From an uncultured Nitrososphaerota archaeon (GTDB taxonomy: Archaea > Asgardarchaeota > Njordarchaeia > Njordarchaeales > Panguiarchaeaceae): 64,000 nucleotides of DNA. The notes under the pieces are model-generated. The model was not told the DNA's origin, did no database searches, and worked only from the letters and a program-made list of their open reading frames with translations. Positions 9,892-19,533 of the stretch are shown in pieces. The stretch spans positions 3,015 to 67,014 of the forward strand of contig CAZWPQ010000003.1 of NCBI GenBank assembly GCA_964636085.1, given 5' to 3'. Made by a program: the position numbers and the translations under genes. The first letter of the stretch is position 1. Every line of letters starts with the position of its first letter.

Positions 9892-10182
9892 AACACACCA
9901 ATCTGGTTAGACTAGAATAAAAAATGGTGCATATAAAGATTTTTCCTATAAAAATTTAGAAAACAGCGCTTATATCTAAACCCACATATACTAGGATCCC
10001 TAGACTTTTCTATGTGGGCATGTAAAGTTGTGATTTGGTTCTAGAAAATGTATAAAAATCCTTTAGGAAGCACTATTTCCTTATCCTCATGGAGTCCACA
10101 AGGTATATTCGTAGACCCACGCTCTCCAAGGGCTGAAGTGAATTATTAAGTATGTTTATTATCTATATATTTTGTGTCGAAT

Positions 10183-11244
10183 ATGAAAATACTAATCGAT
10201 GCTGGCGTCCCAAAGGACTCCTTGATGGCGGCATCATTCTACTTTAAGTTGAAGGAAAAAGGGCACACGATCCTTGTTACTGCAAGAAAATATGAATCTA
10301 CTACAGCGTTACTTCAATACTTTAATGTGCCCTACAAAACCATTGGGGTATACGGTGGTAAAACATTAAGAGGCAAATTATTGGCGGATCTAAACAGAGC
10401 GATTCAACTTACAAAATATATATCGAAACATGGTCAAATAGATCTTGTTATTCACTTCGCAAATCCAGCTATGGCGAGGGTAGCGTTTGGATTGGGAATA
10501 CCACAAATAGTGCTGGAAGATACGCCCCACGCCACAATTGTCCATAAACTCACCTTTGCGTTAGCCACATATGCCATCACTCCCATGTGTTTTCCCAAGG
10601 AGCTATTAAAACATATAATCGAACCGTCCAGACTCATACAATATGATGGCGTGGATCCCCTAGAGTGGGTATCTACATTCTCCCCAGACAAAAAATTCCT
10701 AGATAAACTTGGTCTGGATCCTGATAAGCCTATCGTCATAATTAGGCCGGCTGAGACTTATGCCCATTATTATCTTAAGTATAGTGGAGGAAGCCCGCTT
10801 CTCTTCGAAACCAAATTGATACGGAATATACTACACAAATTTCCCTCCACACAGATTGTTGTTTTCCCCCGCTATAAAGATCAAAGGATAATTCTTCATA
10901 GAATCTTTGGCAAAAAAATAACCATACCAAAACATTACATACCCGCATTTAATATTATTGCCTATTCAACAGTCGTAATCACGGGAGGCGGCACGATAGT
11001 TGAAGAAGGAGGTCTATACGGCGTTCCATCCATTTATTTCTTTCCAAAGAAACTTAGCTATGCTGAGTACCTAGCAAATAGGGGGCTACCAGTATACCAC
11101 ATCGTAGAGCCAGATGATGTCATTAAAAAAACACTAGAAATACTCAGGGATCCAGACGCACATCGAGTTGACTCCGCACAAATAATTGATCAAATGGAAA
11201 AACCTAGCGACAAGATTTTTAGTATACTAAAAAAGGGAGTCTAG
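10183..11244 (+). CDS. DUF354-family protein (GT-B/epimerase-like fold)
   Basis: MKILIDAGVPKD...ARKYESTTALL...DLVIHFANPAMARVAFGLGIPQIVLEDTPHA matches the conserved DUF354 N-terminal pattern. First ATG is at 10183. Confidence 0.7.
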   Translation: MKILIDAGVPKDSLMAASFYFKLKEKGHTILVTARKYESTTALLQYFNVPYKTIGVYGGKTLRGKLLADLNRAIQLTKYISKHGQIDLVIHFANPAMARVAFGLGIPQIVLEDTPHATIVHKLTFALATYAITPMCFPKELLKHIIEPSRLIQYDGVDPLEWVSTFSPDKKFLDKLGLDPDKPIVIIRPAETYAHYYLKYSGGSPLLFETKLIRNILHKFPSTQIVVFPRYKDQRIILHRIFGKKITIPKHYIPAFNIIAYSTVVITGGGTIVEEGGLYGVPSIYFFPKKLSYAEYLANRGLPVYHIVEPDDVIKKTLEILRDPDAHRVDSAQIIDQMEKPSDKIFSILKKGV

Positions 11245-11376
11245 ATCCAAACCTTTGGATAAGCTATAATATGCAAAAAAGTTTTGGCAATTCTGCTGTG
11301 TGAATGATGGAAAACACATCCCCGATTGCTTGAGAAATGATTTATATTATCTTATCAATTAATTAAAGTAAATTTG

Positions 11377-12042
11377 ATGTCATTATTGGGTCTAAAAAAT
11401 GAAGCAATTGAATGGTTATTGAAAATGTCGGCTCCTAGCAAACTTAAGTTCATGCTGAAGGCCGTGGTTATTGGGGATGGGATGGTTGGGAAGACATCGC
11501 TATGTAATAGGTTTATGAAGAAGGGGTTTACACATGAATATAAACGCACGATTGGTGCTGACTATTATATGTATGATCAGGAACTTGCCCTAGAGGATTA
11601 TGGAGTATCGTTACAGGTTAAATGGATCCTATGTGATTTGGCTGGACAGTTTGCATACTATGAGGTAAGACCATTATTCTATTTTGGCGCCAAAGCTGCA
11701 CTGGTTGTTTTTGACATTTCTAGACCTGAAACATTTAAGTCAATACCAGCTTGGATTTATGAATTTTGGAAATATGCATCCAAGAAGGAATTGTCTAAGC
11801 GCCCAATCGTTATCGTGGGGAATAAGTCTGATCTGAGAGATAAAGTTGAAAATACTGTGTCCAGAGAAACTGCAGAGGGGTATGCTCAAAAGATCGCAAA
11901 GTCTGTTGGTTTTGAGGTACCTTATATTGAAACATCCGCATTGCTTGGTCATGGTGTAGATGAGGCCTTCAAAAAACTTCTACGCGTTGTTATCCGTCAC
12001 TATGGAGTCCTGGACAAATTCAAAAAATTACCCTTGATGTAA
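11377..12042 (+). CDS. Ras/Rab-like small GTPase
   Basis: All five G boxes are present: G1 GDGMVGKTS, G2 KRTIGADY, G3 DLAGQ, G4 GNKSD, G5 ETSAL. A TATA-like TTTATATTAT lies about 27-36 nt upstream of ATG 11377, suggesting a leaderless transcript. About 24 aa precede G1. No C-terminal Cys. Confidence 0.85.
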   Translation: MSLLGLKNEAIEWLLKMSAPSKLKFMLKAVVIGDGMVGKTSLCNRFMKKGFTHEYKRTIGADYYMYDQELALEDYGVSLQVKWILCDLAGQFAYYEVRPLFYFGAKAALVVFDISRPETFKSIPAWIYEFWKYASKKELSKRPIVIVGNKSDLRDKVENTVSRETAEGYAQKIAKSVGFEVPYIETSALLGHGVDEAFKKLLRVVIRHYGVLDKFKKLPLM

Positions 12043-12054
12043 AAGTGGATAAGT

Positions 12055-13038
12055 TTGGATCCCCCTAAGATACTAGTTACTTTTAAAACAAAGCCTGGAG
12101 ATAGAGAGCTTATTAAAAGTGAACTCTCTGACCTAGCCCAAATATTCTTTATAGATCAATTAAAAGGCAAAATTCTTCAAGATATCCTCGCAAAGATAGA
12201 TGTCATATTCACAGGGAGCGGACTTGATCTAACTAGGGATATACTTGAGCTCGCTATCAATCTCAGGATGATACAGACCTTGTCTGCTGGTGTTGACTAT
12301 TTACCTTTCAAACTCATACCCCACCGTGTAATAATATGTTCTAATGCTGGCGGCAATGCTATCGCTGTAGCGGAGCATGTCTTTGCATTGATACTTTCGG
12401 CAATCAAAAGAATTATTTATCACCATGAAAACATGAAGAAGGGCTTATGGAAGAGACGAGATTACGGTTATCTCCTTTATGGAAAAACCCTGGGTATAAT
12501 TGGACTTGGTCATGTTGGTAGAGAAGTCGCTAAAATTGCGAAATGCTTTGGAATGCGTGTTTATGGTATCAATAGATCAGGCAGAACTGATGTTGATGTA
12601 GACTTCATTGGAAAAGTAGATGATCTTGATTTTGTACTCAGGGAATCCGACATTATATTATTGAGTTTGCCACTAACAAAATATACACGCAATCTGATCA
12701 ATAGAGAAAAGCTTAGGATTATGAAAAATAATGCCATACTCGTAAATATATCCAGAGGGGGGGTAGTAGATCAAGAAGCCTTATATTACCACCTAAGGGA
12801 TAATCCAAGCTTTATAGCATGCCTCGATGTCTGGTGGGAGTATCCTCAAGGCGGGGAGACAAGATGCTATCAGAGATTTCCGTTCCATGAACTTGGCAAT
12901 GTTATAATGACGCCCCATATTGCTGGGTTTTCTAGGGAAATAAGACAATTTGTGATAAAACATGCCGTATCAAATATTAAAAGATTCTTAACTGGACAAA
13001 AACCAATAAACATTGTGGATCCGAGAGATTATGTTTAG
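12055..13038 (+). CDS. D-isomer-specific 2-hydroxyacid dehydrogenase (glyoxylate reductase/PGDH-like)
   Basis: NAD-binding GIIGLGHVGREVA; catalytic-region motifs NISRGGVVD and TPHIAG. Confidence 0.85.
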   Translation: MDPPKILVTFKTKPGDRELIKSELSDLAQIFFIDQLKGKILQDILAKIDVIFTGSGLDLTRDILELAINLRMIQTLSAGVDYLPFKLIPHRVIICSNAGGNAIAVAEHVFALILSAIKRIIYHHENMKKGLWKRRDYGYLLYGKTLGIIGLGHVGREVAKIAKCFGMRVYGINRSGRTDVDVDFIGKVDDLDFVLRESDIILLSLPLTKYTRNLINREKLRIMKNNAILVNISRGGVVDQEALYYHLRDNPSFIACLDVWWEYPQGGETRCYQRFPFHELGNVIMTPHIAGFSREIRQFVIKHAVSNIKRFLTGQKPINIVDPRDYV

Positions 13039-13894
13039 CATTTTGGTGATGCCACTGTCGTCACAATTCAAATTAATACATAGTGGTCCCTCTAGCATAG
13101 AGCAGTATCTTACTGATGTTATTAGAATTTCAAGAGTCATGCTCAAGGATAACCTAGTCAGCATAATACTATTTGGGTCGGCTGCAAGAAATGAGGTTTC
13201 GATAACATCAGATGTTGATATATTGCTTGTAGTGCATAAATATGACAGAACGACAATACGCTTGGAAAAAATCATCCGTTCTTTAAGTCTAAAATATGGA
13301 CTAATATTCATACCAAGAGGTTTCTTTGGAAAACTATTCTATGCACTCAGTCAAGCTACAGGGATGTTTAGGCCTGTCTTTATAGCCGATGAAACCTCCG
13401 TAAAAAACTGGAAATTCTTTCGGATCTTCAAGGTTAGCAGATTGATGAGCCGTATACTAGCCCCAAAGAACGCCGTAAAGTATACAATATCTAGATCCTA
13501 CAAACTACTATATGGCAAGGATATAATCAAGCAATTACATGTAGATCCGCCTAGTCTTGGCGATGTAATAAAGAGTTTCCTTATGAACCTAATATTGGCG
13601 GTATGTTCTGTTGTCTTAATCCCGCTGCATAGAGAGACATACAAGTTTGTTTATGAAGCAGTAAAGTGGTCGCTTTTTAACTACGCATACGCATCTCAAA
13701 TCGCGCCAAACATAATGGAATTATCTGGCAAGTTTAAGAACCCAATCAGAAGGGGGATGTATCATTTTTTATACACTAGAAATAACGGAAAGTTAAGTCC
13801 AGGCCTCTTGCTTTACTCAATACCCGCAATACTCAAGATTCATATAGCAAGTATAAAGCAGATAAAGTCTAATAGAAAAACCAGAAACTTCTAG
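13031..13894 (+). CDS. nucleotidyltransferase-domain protein (MNT-like) with helical C-terminal domain
   Basis: Minimal NTase motif LFGSAARNEVSITSDVDILLVV. ATG 13031 overlaps the upstream stop (ATGTTTAG). C-terminal half is helical and contains RRGMYH (an Rx4H-like string). Confidence 0.7.
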   Translation: MFSILVMPLSSQFKLIHSGPSSIEQYLTDVIRISRVMLKDNLVSIILFGSAARNEVSITSDVDILLVVHKYDRTTIRLEKIIRSLSLKYGLIFIPRGFFGKLFYALSQATGMFRPVFIADETSVKNWKFFRIFKVSRLMSRILAPKNAVKYTISRSYKLLYGKDIIKQLHVDPPSLGDVIKSFLMNLILAVCSVVLIPLHRETYKFVYEAVKWSLFNYAYASQIAPNIMELSGKFKNPIRRGMYHFLYTRNNGKLSPGLLLYSIPAILKIHIASIKQIKSNRKTRNF

Positions 13895-14930
13895 CTTTCT
13901 TCCAGTCCTCATCGCTTTTATAGACAATATTTATCTTCGCCCCGCAGTATTTACATCTCCCCTTCTCCAAATTCCACTCACTTATGCTAAATCCATATCT
14001 CCTAATCAAAAGTTTTCCGCACTCTGGGCAATATGTATTTTCTGTATCATGGCCCGGTACATTACCTAGATATACATATTTCATTCCGATCTCCTTGGCC
14101 AATCTGTAATGCTTCTCCAAAATTTTTATGGGTGTTGGAGCGAGGTGTGACATCTTGTAGTTTGGATAAAATCTTAGAAAATGCAGAGGTGTTTCTGGCC
14201 CTAAATTTTCATGGATCCATTTTATTAGTCTCCTGGCGTGGTCAAGATCGCTTCCTACTTCTGTCACAACAAGGTCGGTAATCTCTATGAAAACTTTTCT
14301 GTCTTTAAGCCTTAGAAGTGTCTCAAATATCGGCTCTGGACTTGGTACTTGGACATATTTTCTCAAGAATTTGGGATCGGCATTTCCCTTTATATCCACG
14401 GTGGTAGCGTCCAGAAATTCGGCCAATAACTCAACAGTTTCTTCAGTCATATAGCCATTAGTCACATAAGTATTGAATAAATTGTGTCTCCTAGCAATTT
14501 TGCCAATGTCATGAGCATACTCGGTAAATATCGTAGGTTCGTTATACGTATATGATACCCCATCAGCTTTATATTCCAGAGCTATTTCTACCATCTTAGA
14601 CGGCTCTATGTCGTATCCCTCCACTCTTCGCCTTTGAGACATATGATAATTGCAACAATATGCGCATGCCCAATTACAACCTGTTGTGCCTATACTCAAC
14701 ACAGAAGCTCCTGGGTAGAAATGATACAAAGGTTTTTTTTCTATGGGATCTATATGCACGGCATAGGCTTTTCCATATACAAGCAAGTATAATTTCCCAT
14801 CAATATTTTTCCTAACCCCACAGAACCCTATTTGACCACCCTTTAGTATACATCTCCTAGCACAAGCTGTACACATAACCGTTTTATCTTCCAACCTTTT
14901 GTATAGTATAGCTTCTCTCAATAATATCAC
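13869..14930 (-). CDS. AmmeMemoRadiSam-system-type radical SAM enzyme
   Basis: CNWACAYCCN provides the CxxxCxxC radical-SAM cluster. N-terminal CTACARRC...FCGVR and PIEKKPLYHFYPG match the PflA-like AmmeMemoRadiSam family. C-terminal zinc ribbon CPECG...CKYCG. Confidence 0.8.
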   Translation of the reverse strand: MILLREAILYKRLEDKTVMCTACARRCILKGGQIGFCGVRKNIDGKLYLLVYGKAYAVHIDPIEKKPLYHFYPGASVLSIGTTGCNWACAYCCNYHMSQRRRVEGYDIEPSKMVEIALEYKADGVSYTYNEPTIFTEYAHDIGKIARRHNLFNTYVTNGYMTEETVELLAEFLDATTVDIKGNADPKFLRKYVQVPSPEPIFETLLRLKDRKVFIEITDLVVTEVGSDLDHARRLIKWIHENLGPETPLHFLRFYPNYKMSHLAPTPIKILEKHYRLAKEIGMKYVYLGNVPGHDTENTYCPECGKLLIRRYGFSISEWNLEKGRCKYCGAKINIVYKSDEDWKKARSFWFFY

Positions 14931-15025
14931 ATTATCCTTCTGCTATGTTATAACTACTCACATATACACAGGCAAATATAGCCTATAAAACTTTAAATAA
15001 AAATTTATACATAGAAGTTGTTAAT

Positions 15026-16066
15026 GTGTTGGTGGCCCGCGTGGAGGAGCTACTGTTTGCCTTCGGGTGGTCATTTGTACTAAGTTACCTTTTGCTATAT
15101 GTCTACATAAGAATAGCACACAAGAAAGGCTGGCTAGCCAAAGACGTCCATAAATCACAGGAGGTATATGTGGCGGATAGGGGAGGATTGATACTATTCC
15201 TGATACCGTTGCTTAGTGTGCCATTATTGTATTATGAATTTCTTTATGAGTACGTGGCTTTTGTATGTTCGATAATTTTAGGTCTGTTGGTAGGATTGGT
15301 TGATGATTTAAAGGATTTGGGCCTCAAGAAAGCAATATTCGTCATGATATCCGCTCTACCAATACTACTTGTGTCCCATTTAGTCGAATCTGGGTATGGT
15401 CTTCTATATAATCCCCGCCCCTACATACCCTTTATAGGATTTACAAGGATGTATCTGGTGTACCCCCTATTCATCATGGCTCTATATAGTGTTATGGCAG
15501 ATGCGTGCAATATGATAGATATCTACAATGGCACACTACTATACCAGGGATTAGCAGTTTTGTTCCCTCTATTCATTATAGCTATAATGGGTATGCATAC
15601 AATGAGCATAATACTGATAGCAATAGGCCTAGGCTATACCCTCGGGTTTCTGTATTGGAATAAATATCCTGCTAGGGTTTTCCATGGTAATGTTGGTGCA
15701 TACGGATACGGCGTGATGTTGTCTTCGATAATGATATTATCTGCTAAAGAACTGATAGGTGTAGAATTCATTGCGATAATTGGTTTTCTACCAGCCATAT
15801 TCAATGGGTTCATATATGTATTTAACACCAGATTTGCACCAAAATCAGCAGTATCCAGACAATTAAAATCTAATTTTGTAGAGAATGGTGTTCTGAAACC
15901 CAACTTAAACCCCGATGCCGCAATAGACCTAAGTAGGCTAATATTGCTACATGGGGAAATGACGGAGAAAGAACTTATCAGTATGTATCTTATATTATTC
16001 ACAATTTCTGCTGTGCTAGCGTTACTAACTGGCGTGATGATCGTCCATGGTTACATGGAACTATAA
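15026..16066 (+). CDS. glycosyltransferase family 4 (MraY/WecA/AglH-like polyprenyl-phosphate sugar-1-phosphate transferase)
   Basis: Polytopic membrane protein with VGLVDDLKDLG and NMIDIYNG motifs. Confidence 0.8.
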   Translation: MLVARVEELLFAFGWSFVLSYLLLYVYIRIAHKKGWLAKDVHKSQEVYVADRGGLILFLIPLLSVPLLYYEFLYEYVAFVCSIILGLLVGLVDDLKDLGLKKAIFVMISALPILLVSHLVESGYGLLYNPRPYIPFIGFTRMYLVYPLFIMALYSVMADACNMIDIYNGTLLYQGLAVLFPLFIIAIMGMHTMSIILIAIGLGYTLGFLYWNKYPARVFHGNVGAYGYGVMLSSIMILSAKELIGVEFIAIIGFLPAIFNGFIYVFNTRFAPKSAVSRQLKSNFVENGVLKPNLNPDAAIDLSRLILLHGEMTEKELISMYLILFTISAVLALLTGVMIVHGYMEL

Positions 16067-16076
16067 CTCAAAATTT

Positions 16077-16421
16077 TTATTCGAGGGCCAACTCTATATT
16101 AACGTCATATTCCTCTGATCCTAATGCTATTGAGAATATTTTTTCGATGATATCAACAGCCTCGTTCTTGGTGACTAATATTTGCATCATCATGGTATCA
16201 CCTCCAGCTTTTTCAATAATTTCCTGTATTTTAGCGATAGTATCATCGGAGAGATCTCCTTGGACAACGATATTGACTTTATCTGCTTCTCCTGAGTTTT
16301 CCACAGTAATCATAATTTTGCTCTCGGAGGCGTCCGAAATATTGCAAAAAGCACCAATATCTGCAGATGCGACCTTTGAAATTGCTTCCGATATCTTATT
16401 TCTTCTGTCCTCAGAACCCAA
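16077..16421 (-). CDS. hypothetical acidic protein
   Basis: 114-aa ORF with a TTG start, rich in D/E. No motif recognised. Divergent from the V4R gene. Confidence 0.4.
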   Translation of the reverse strand: MGSEDRRNKISEAISKVASADIGAFCNISDASESKIMITVENSGEADKVNIVVQGDLSDDTIAKIQEIIEKAGGDTMMMQILVTKNEAVDIIEKIFSIALGSEEYDVNIELALE

Positions 16422-16532
16422 AAGTTTTCACCACATCTTATCAAAAAATATAAATTAAATTAGGAATGTTTAGTTGAGTATATAGGTTCTATAAAATAAA
16501 CACAAATTACGTTATCTATGTAGGATACATTT

Positions 16533-17186
16533 TTGGTGCTCTTTGATTTCTTTCAACACGGTTTCCGTGTACAATTAGATGGGAGTAGTAGTTTGTATGT
16601 AAAGAAGAAGTTAGGCTGGATATTTAGAACAGAGAAGATAAACATAATTGCGTTCCGCGCCCTAGAGCTTGCAATCGTTCAAGATCTAATGAATAATGGG
16701 AAAAAACCATCCGAGATAAACACATATATGCAACAGTTGGGCCGGTATTTTGGAGATCTATTATATATTGGATATCATGCAAGAGGGGGCGAGGTTGCCG
16801 AGAGCATAATGGAGCTCGGCAAGATAGCGAATTCTTTCTATATTTATCTCTTTGGAGAGGGACTGGACAAGATTTATTATGTGCTTGTGGATAAGGACAA
16901 TAGAGTTGAGCTCCATCTTGTCGCGAACAATGGAATCCCAACGTGTAGGGAGATAGTCTCTCCTCATCCAGAAATTAAGTTTGGATCCTTTATTGTTGGG
17001 GCTGTTATGAGGATGCTGGAATTGAAGAGAGATGAGCTAGAGTATATAGATTTTAGTTGTAGAGAGGAAAAATGCATATCCGTGGGAGATAGCTACTGCG
17101 AGTTGATGATCGACTTTACTTTACCTCCCTCTACATTCTCTAGGATTTATGAAAAATATGGGGGTGAGTATTATGTCAAAAGGTAG
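16533..17186 (+). CDS. V4R-domain protein
   Basis: The C-terminal SCREEKCISVGDSYCELMIDF matches the V4R (4-vinyl reductase) E-x-x-C-x3-G-D-x2-C-x-F/L-x-I pattern. TTG/GTG start. Confidence 0.65.
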   Translation: MVLFDFFQHGFRVQLDGSSSLYVKKKLGWIFRTEKINIIAFRALELAIVQDLMNNGKKPSEINTYMQQLGRYFGDLLYIGYHARGGEVAESIMELGKIANSFYIYLFGEGLDKIYYVLVDKDNRVELHLVANNGIPTCREIVSPHPEIKFGSFIVGAVMRMLELKRDELEYIDFSCREEKCISVGDSYCELMIDFTLPPSTFSRIYEKYGGEYYVKR

Positions 17187-17880
17187 AATGAATAGTACAT
17201 GCATAATTTCTGTAATGACGAGAGCGGGAGTACCAATCGTAACCGTACCAGAGACAAATTCTTCTTCAGTATTCTCCTTACTGGTATACTCCCTTGTTAG
17301 TATATCTGGACATAATAATCATGGGGGCATGGTTAGATATGAGGTTAAAAATAGACTGTTGTTGATAAGAATCCTGGATAAGACCATAATAGCCGTATAT
17401 GCCCCATTCTCCTATGAAAAACAGGTAGAAGCATTCATGCTGGGGATACATGAGCGATTGCATAATATAAACAAATTAATTGTTGAGGAAGGGATGGTGG
17501 ACGGTCAAGTGATAGAGGAAACAAAAGTTGCGGTTTTGTCAATGGCGAGATCCTGTGGGTTACCTATAGATGGAGCATTGAATGTGTTTAAGAGGCTTTG
17601 TGGGGATCTATATAAAGAGGCTATTGATAGAGGGGTTGATGGTTCCGTCTTTAAGGGACTCTTCAGGGTCGCTTATTTTCCCACTCTTATAGATACCGAT
17701 ATACTCAACAAGGAACCGAACGGGCTTGCAAGAGAGATATTAAAAATGTGTGATGGTTGTCATTCGATAAGACAGATAGCAGAGACATATGGTGTTGGTG
17801 AGGCAAAGCTATATAGATTTATTGCCCGCCTAATTAGGGGTGGGAAAATGATACTAGAACTAGGCTATGAACTTATCTAG
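17173..17880 (+). CDS. Roadblock/LC7- or longin-like domain protein with C-terminal helix-turn-helix
   Basis: N-terminus CIISVMTRAGVPIVTV...FSLLVYSLVSISG...VRYEVKNRLLLIRILDKTIIAVYAP follows the beta-alpha-beta-beta pattern of Roadblock/MglB/longin folds. C-terminus ILKMCDGCHSIRQIAETYGVGEAKLYRFIARLIRGGKMIL is wHTH-like. ATG 17173 is preceded by GGGGTGAG and overlaps the end of the V4R gene. Confidence 0.6.
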   Translation: MSKGRMNSTCIISVMTRAGVPIVTVPETNSSSVFSLLVYSLVSISGHNNHGGMVRYEVKNRLLLIRILDKTIIAVYAPFSYEKQVEAFMLGIHERLHNINKLIVEEGMVDGQVIEETKVAVLSMARSCGLPIDGALNVFKRLCGDLYKEAIDRGVDGSVFKGLFRVAYFPTLIDTDILNKEPNGLAREILKMCDGCHSIRQIAETYGVGEAKLYRFIARLIRGGKMILELGYELI

Positions 17881-17978
17881 TGAATGGAATTTTTAATAAA
17901 ACTATTGGTGCATTCCAAATTTATTGATTTTTTTTTGGAAACAAAATTAGGTTTAGTGGGTTTTCACAGTTGGGGGAT

Positions 17979-19376
17979 ATGATAGATTTTCTAAGAGAGG
18001 TATTCAAGGACAATGTAGTGATGGACGAGGACATCAGACATTATTACAGTATAGACGCACAACCTATACGTGGAAGACTTCCCCGCGCTGTAGTATTTCC
18101 AGAGAACATCAATCAGATCCAAAGACTATTAAAGTACGCAAATAAGAACATGACTCCCATTTATGTGAGGGGCGGAGGGACATCCCTTGCAGGGGGGCCC
18201 ATACCAATGTTAGAAGACTCTATTGTCGTTAGTCTCTACAAAATGCGTAGAGTTTTGGAGCTGAGGATGCAGGATTTCCAAGTAAGAGTTGAGGCAGGCC
18301 TAATAATGGATGAACTAAATATATATCTAAAACCCTTTGCCCTATTTTTCCCTGTGGATCCTGGAAGCTCAGCGGCATGCACCATCGGGGGTGCAATTGC
18401 TAATAACTCGGGCGGTGTTAGAGGAGTAAAGTATGGTAATATAAAGGATGGCTGGGTTCTTTCTCTAAGAGTTGTACTGCCCAATGGAAAGATTATCGAA
18501 ACAGGAACCGCAACGTTTAAGGCCGCCGCAGGGTATGATCTTACGCATCTCTTCATAGGTTCTGAAGGCACACTAGGCATAATTGTAGAAGCCACACTCA
18601 AAGTTACAGCAATGCCGAGGTATAAAACTGTCGCAAAGGCATTCTTCAAAGATGAGAAAGATGCAGCTCTATTTGTTGTGGATATTCTACATTCAGGCCT
18701 TGAACCTACCGCAGTAGAATTTTTGGATAGAGACACTTTAGCGGCGATTAGTGCATATAGCGGCTTAAAAGTAGAGGGAAATGCGATGTTGATAATAGAA
18801 TTCACAGGCAACTCTGCGGATGAAGTTAGCGAGAAAATGAGAATCCTATCGAATAAACTTAAGGAGGCAGGCGCATTTAGCATAGAGATAAGCAAAAGCG
18901 AGGAGGAATATAAGAAATTATGGATGATAAGAAAAGCAGCTGCACCATCATTAGGCAACCTGAAGCCCAAATACTTGATACTGGACCCAACGGTACCAAT
19001 ATCGAAAATACCAGATATTATTGAGGCATGTAGAAGAATTGCAGAAAAATATGATCTTAAAATCGCCACTTTTGGTCACGCTGGTGATGGAAATGTTCAT
19101 CCAAATGTATTATATGATCCAAGGGATAAGGATGAATTTGATAGGGCCAAAAAAGCGGCAAGAGAAATAGCCTACGAAACTATTCGTCTTGGAGGCACCG
19201 TATCAGGAGAACATGGAATTGGATTAGAGAAAATCGATACATACGCTACTGAAGCAGGGCCAGATAAACTTGATTTGATGTGGCAAATAAAGAAGTTGTT
19301 TGATCCCGTCGGAATACTCAATCCCTATAAATTCTTTCCGAGCAAGTATTGGGATGAGTTCTATGGAAGAAAATAA
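17979..19376 (+). CDS. FAD-linked oxidase (GlcD / D-lactate dehydrogenase family)
   Basis: FAD-binding RGGGTSLAGG; C-terminal GHAGDGNVHP and GEHGIG motifs. Confidence 0.9.
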   Translation: MIDFLREVFKDNVVMDEDIRHYYSIDAQPIRGRLPRAVVFPENINQIQRLLKYANKNMTPIYVRGGGTSLAGGPIPMLEDSIVVSLYKMRRVLELRMQDFQVRVEAGLIMDELNIYLKPFALFFPVDPGSSAACTIGGAIANNSGGVRGVKYGNIKDGWVLSLRVVLPNGKIIETGTATFKAAAGYDLTHLFIGSEGTLGIIVEATLKVTAMPRYKTVAKAFFKDEKDAALFVVDILHSGLEPTAVEFLDRDTLAAISAYSGLKVEGNAMLIIEFTGNSADEVSEKMRILSNKLKEAGAFSIEISKSEEEYKKLWMIRKAAAPSLGNLKPKYLILDPTVPISKIPDIIEACRRIAEKYDLKIATFGHAGDGNVHPNVLYDPRDKDEFDRAKKAAREIAYETIRLGGTVSGEHGIGLEKIDTYATEAGPDKLDLMWQIKKLFDPVGILNPYKFFPSKYWDEFYGRK

Positions 19377-19533
19377 TGGAATCTATGAGGAAAGCTTTAA
19401 GCTCAGTAATACAATATTGTTAGTTATGTATTATTATAGGGGGATAGCCGAAGGGAGAGACCAAATTAGAGATTTATAAATATTTTTTGAGAATAAAAAT
19501 ATATGGGTATTAACTATATATGAGGGACATGCA

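Noticed and set aside
18236-19069. 277-aa minus-strand ORF, plus similar long antisense ORFs at 4548..5072, 39645..40211, 1155..1538, 42261..42644, 53492..53920 and 15634..16002
   Set aside because: Each lies fully antisense to a gene with strong family motifs (GlcD, GT, AOR, PfkB, QueT, flippase, GT4). Their products are Ser/Leu/Ile/Pro-rich, low-complexity sequences typical of shadow ORFs in AT-rich genomes.
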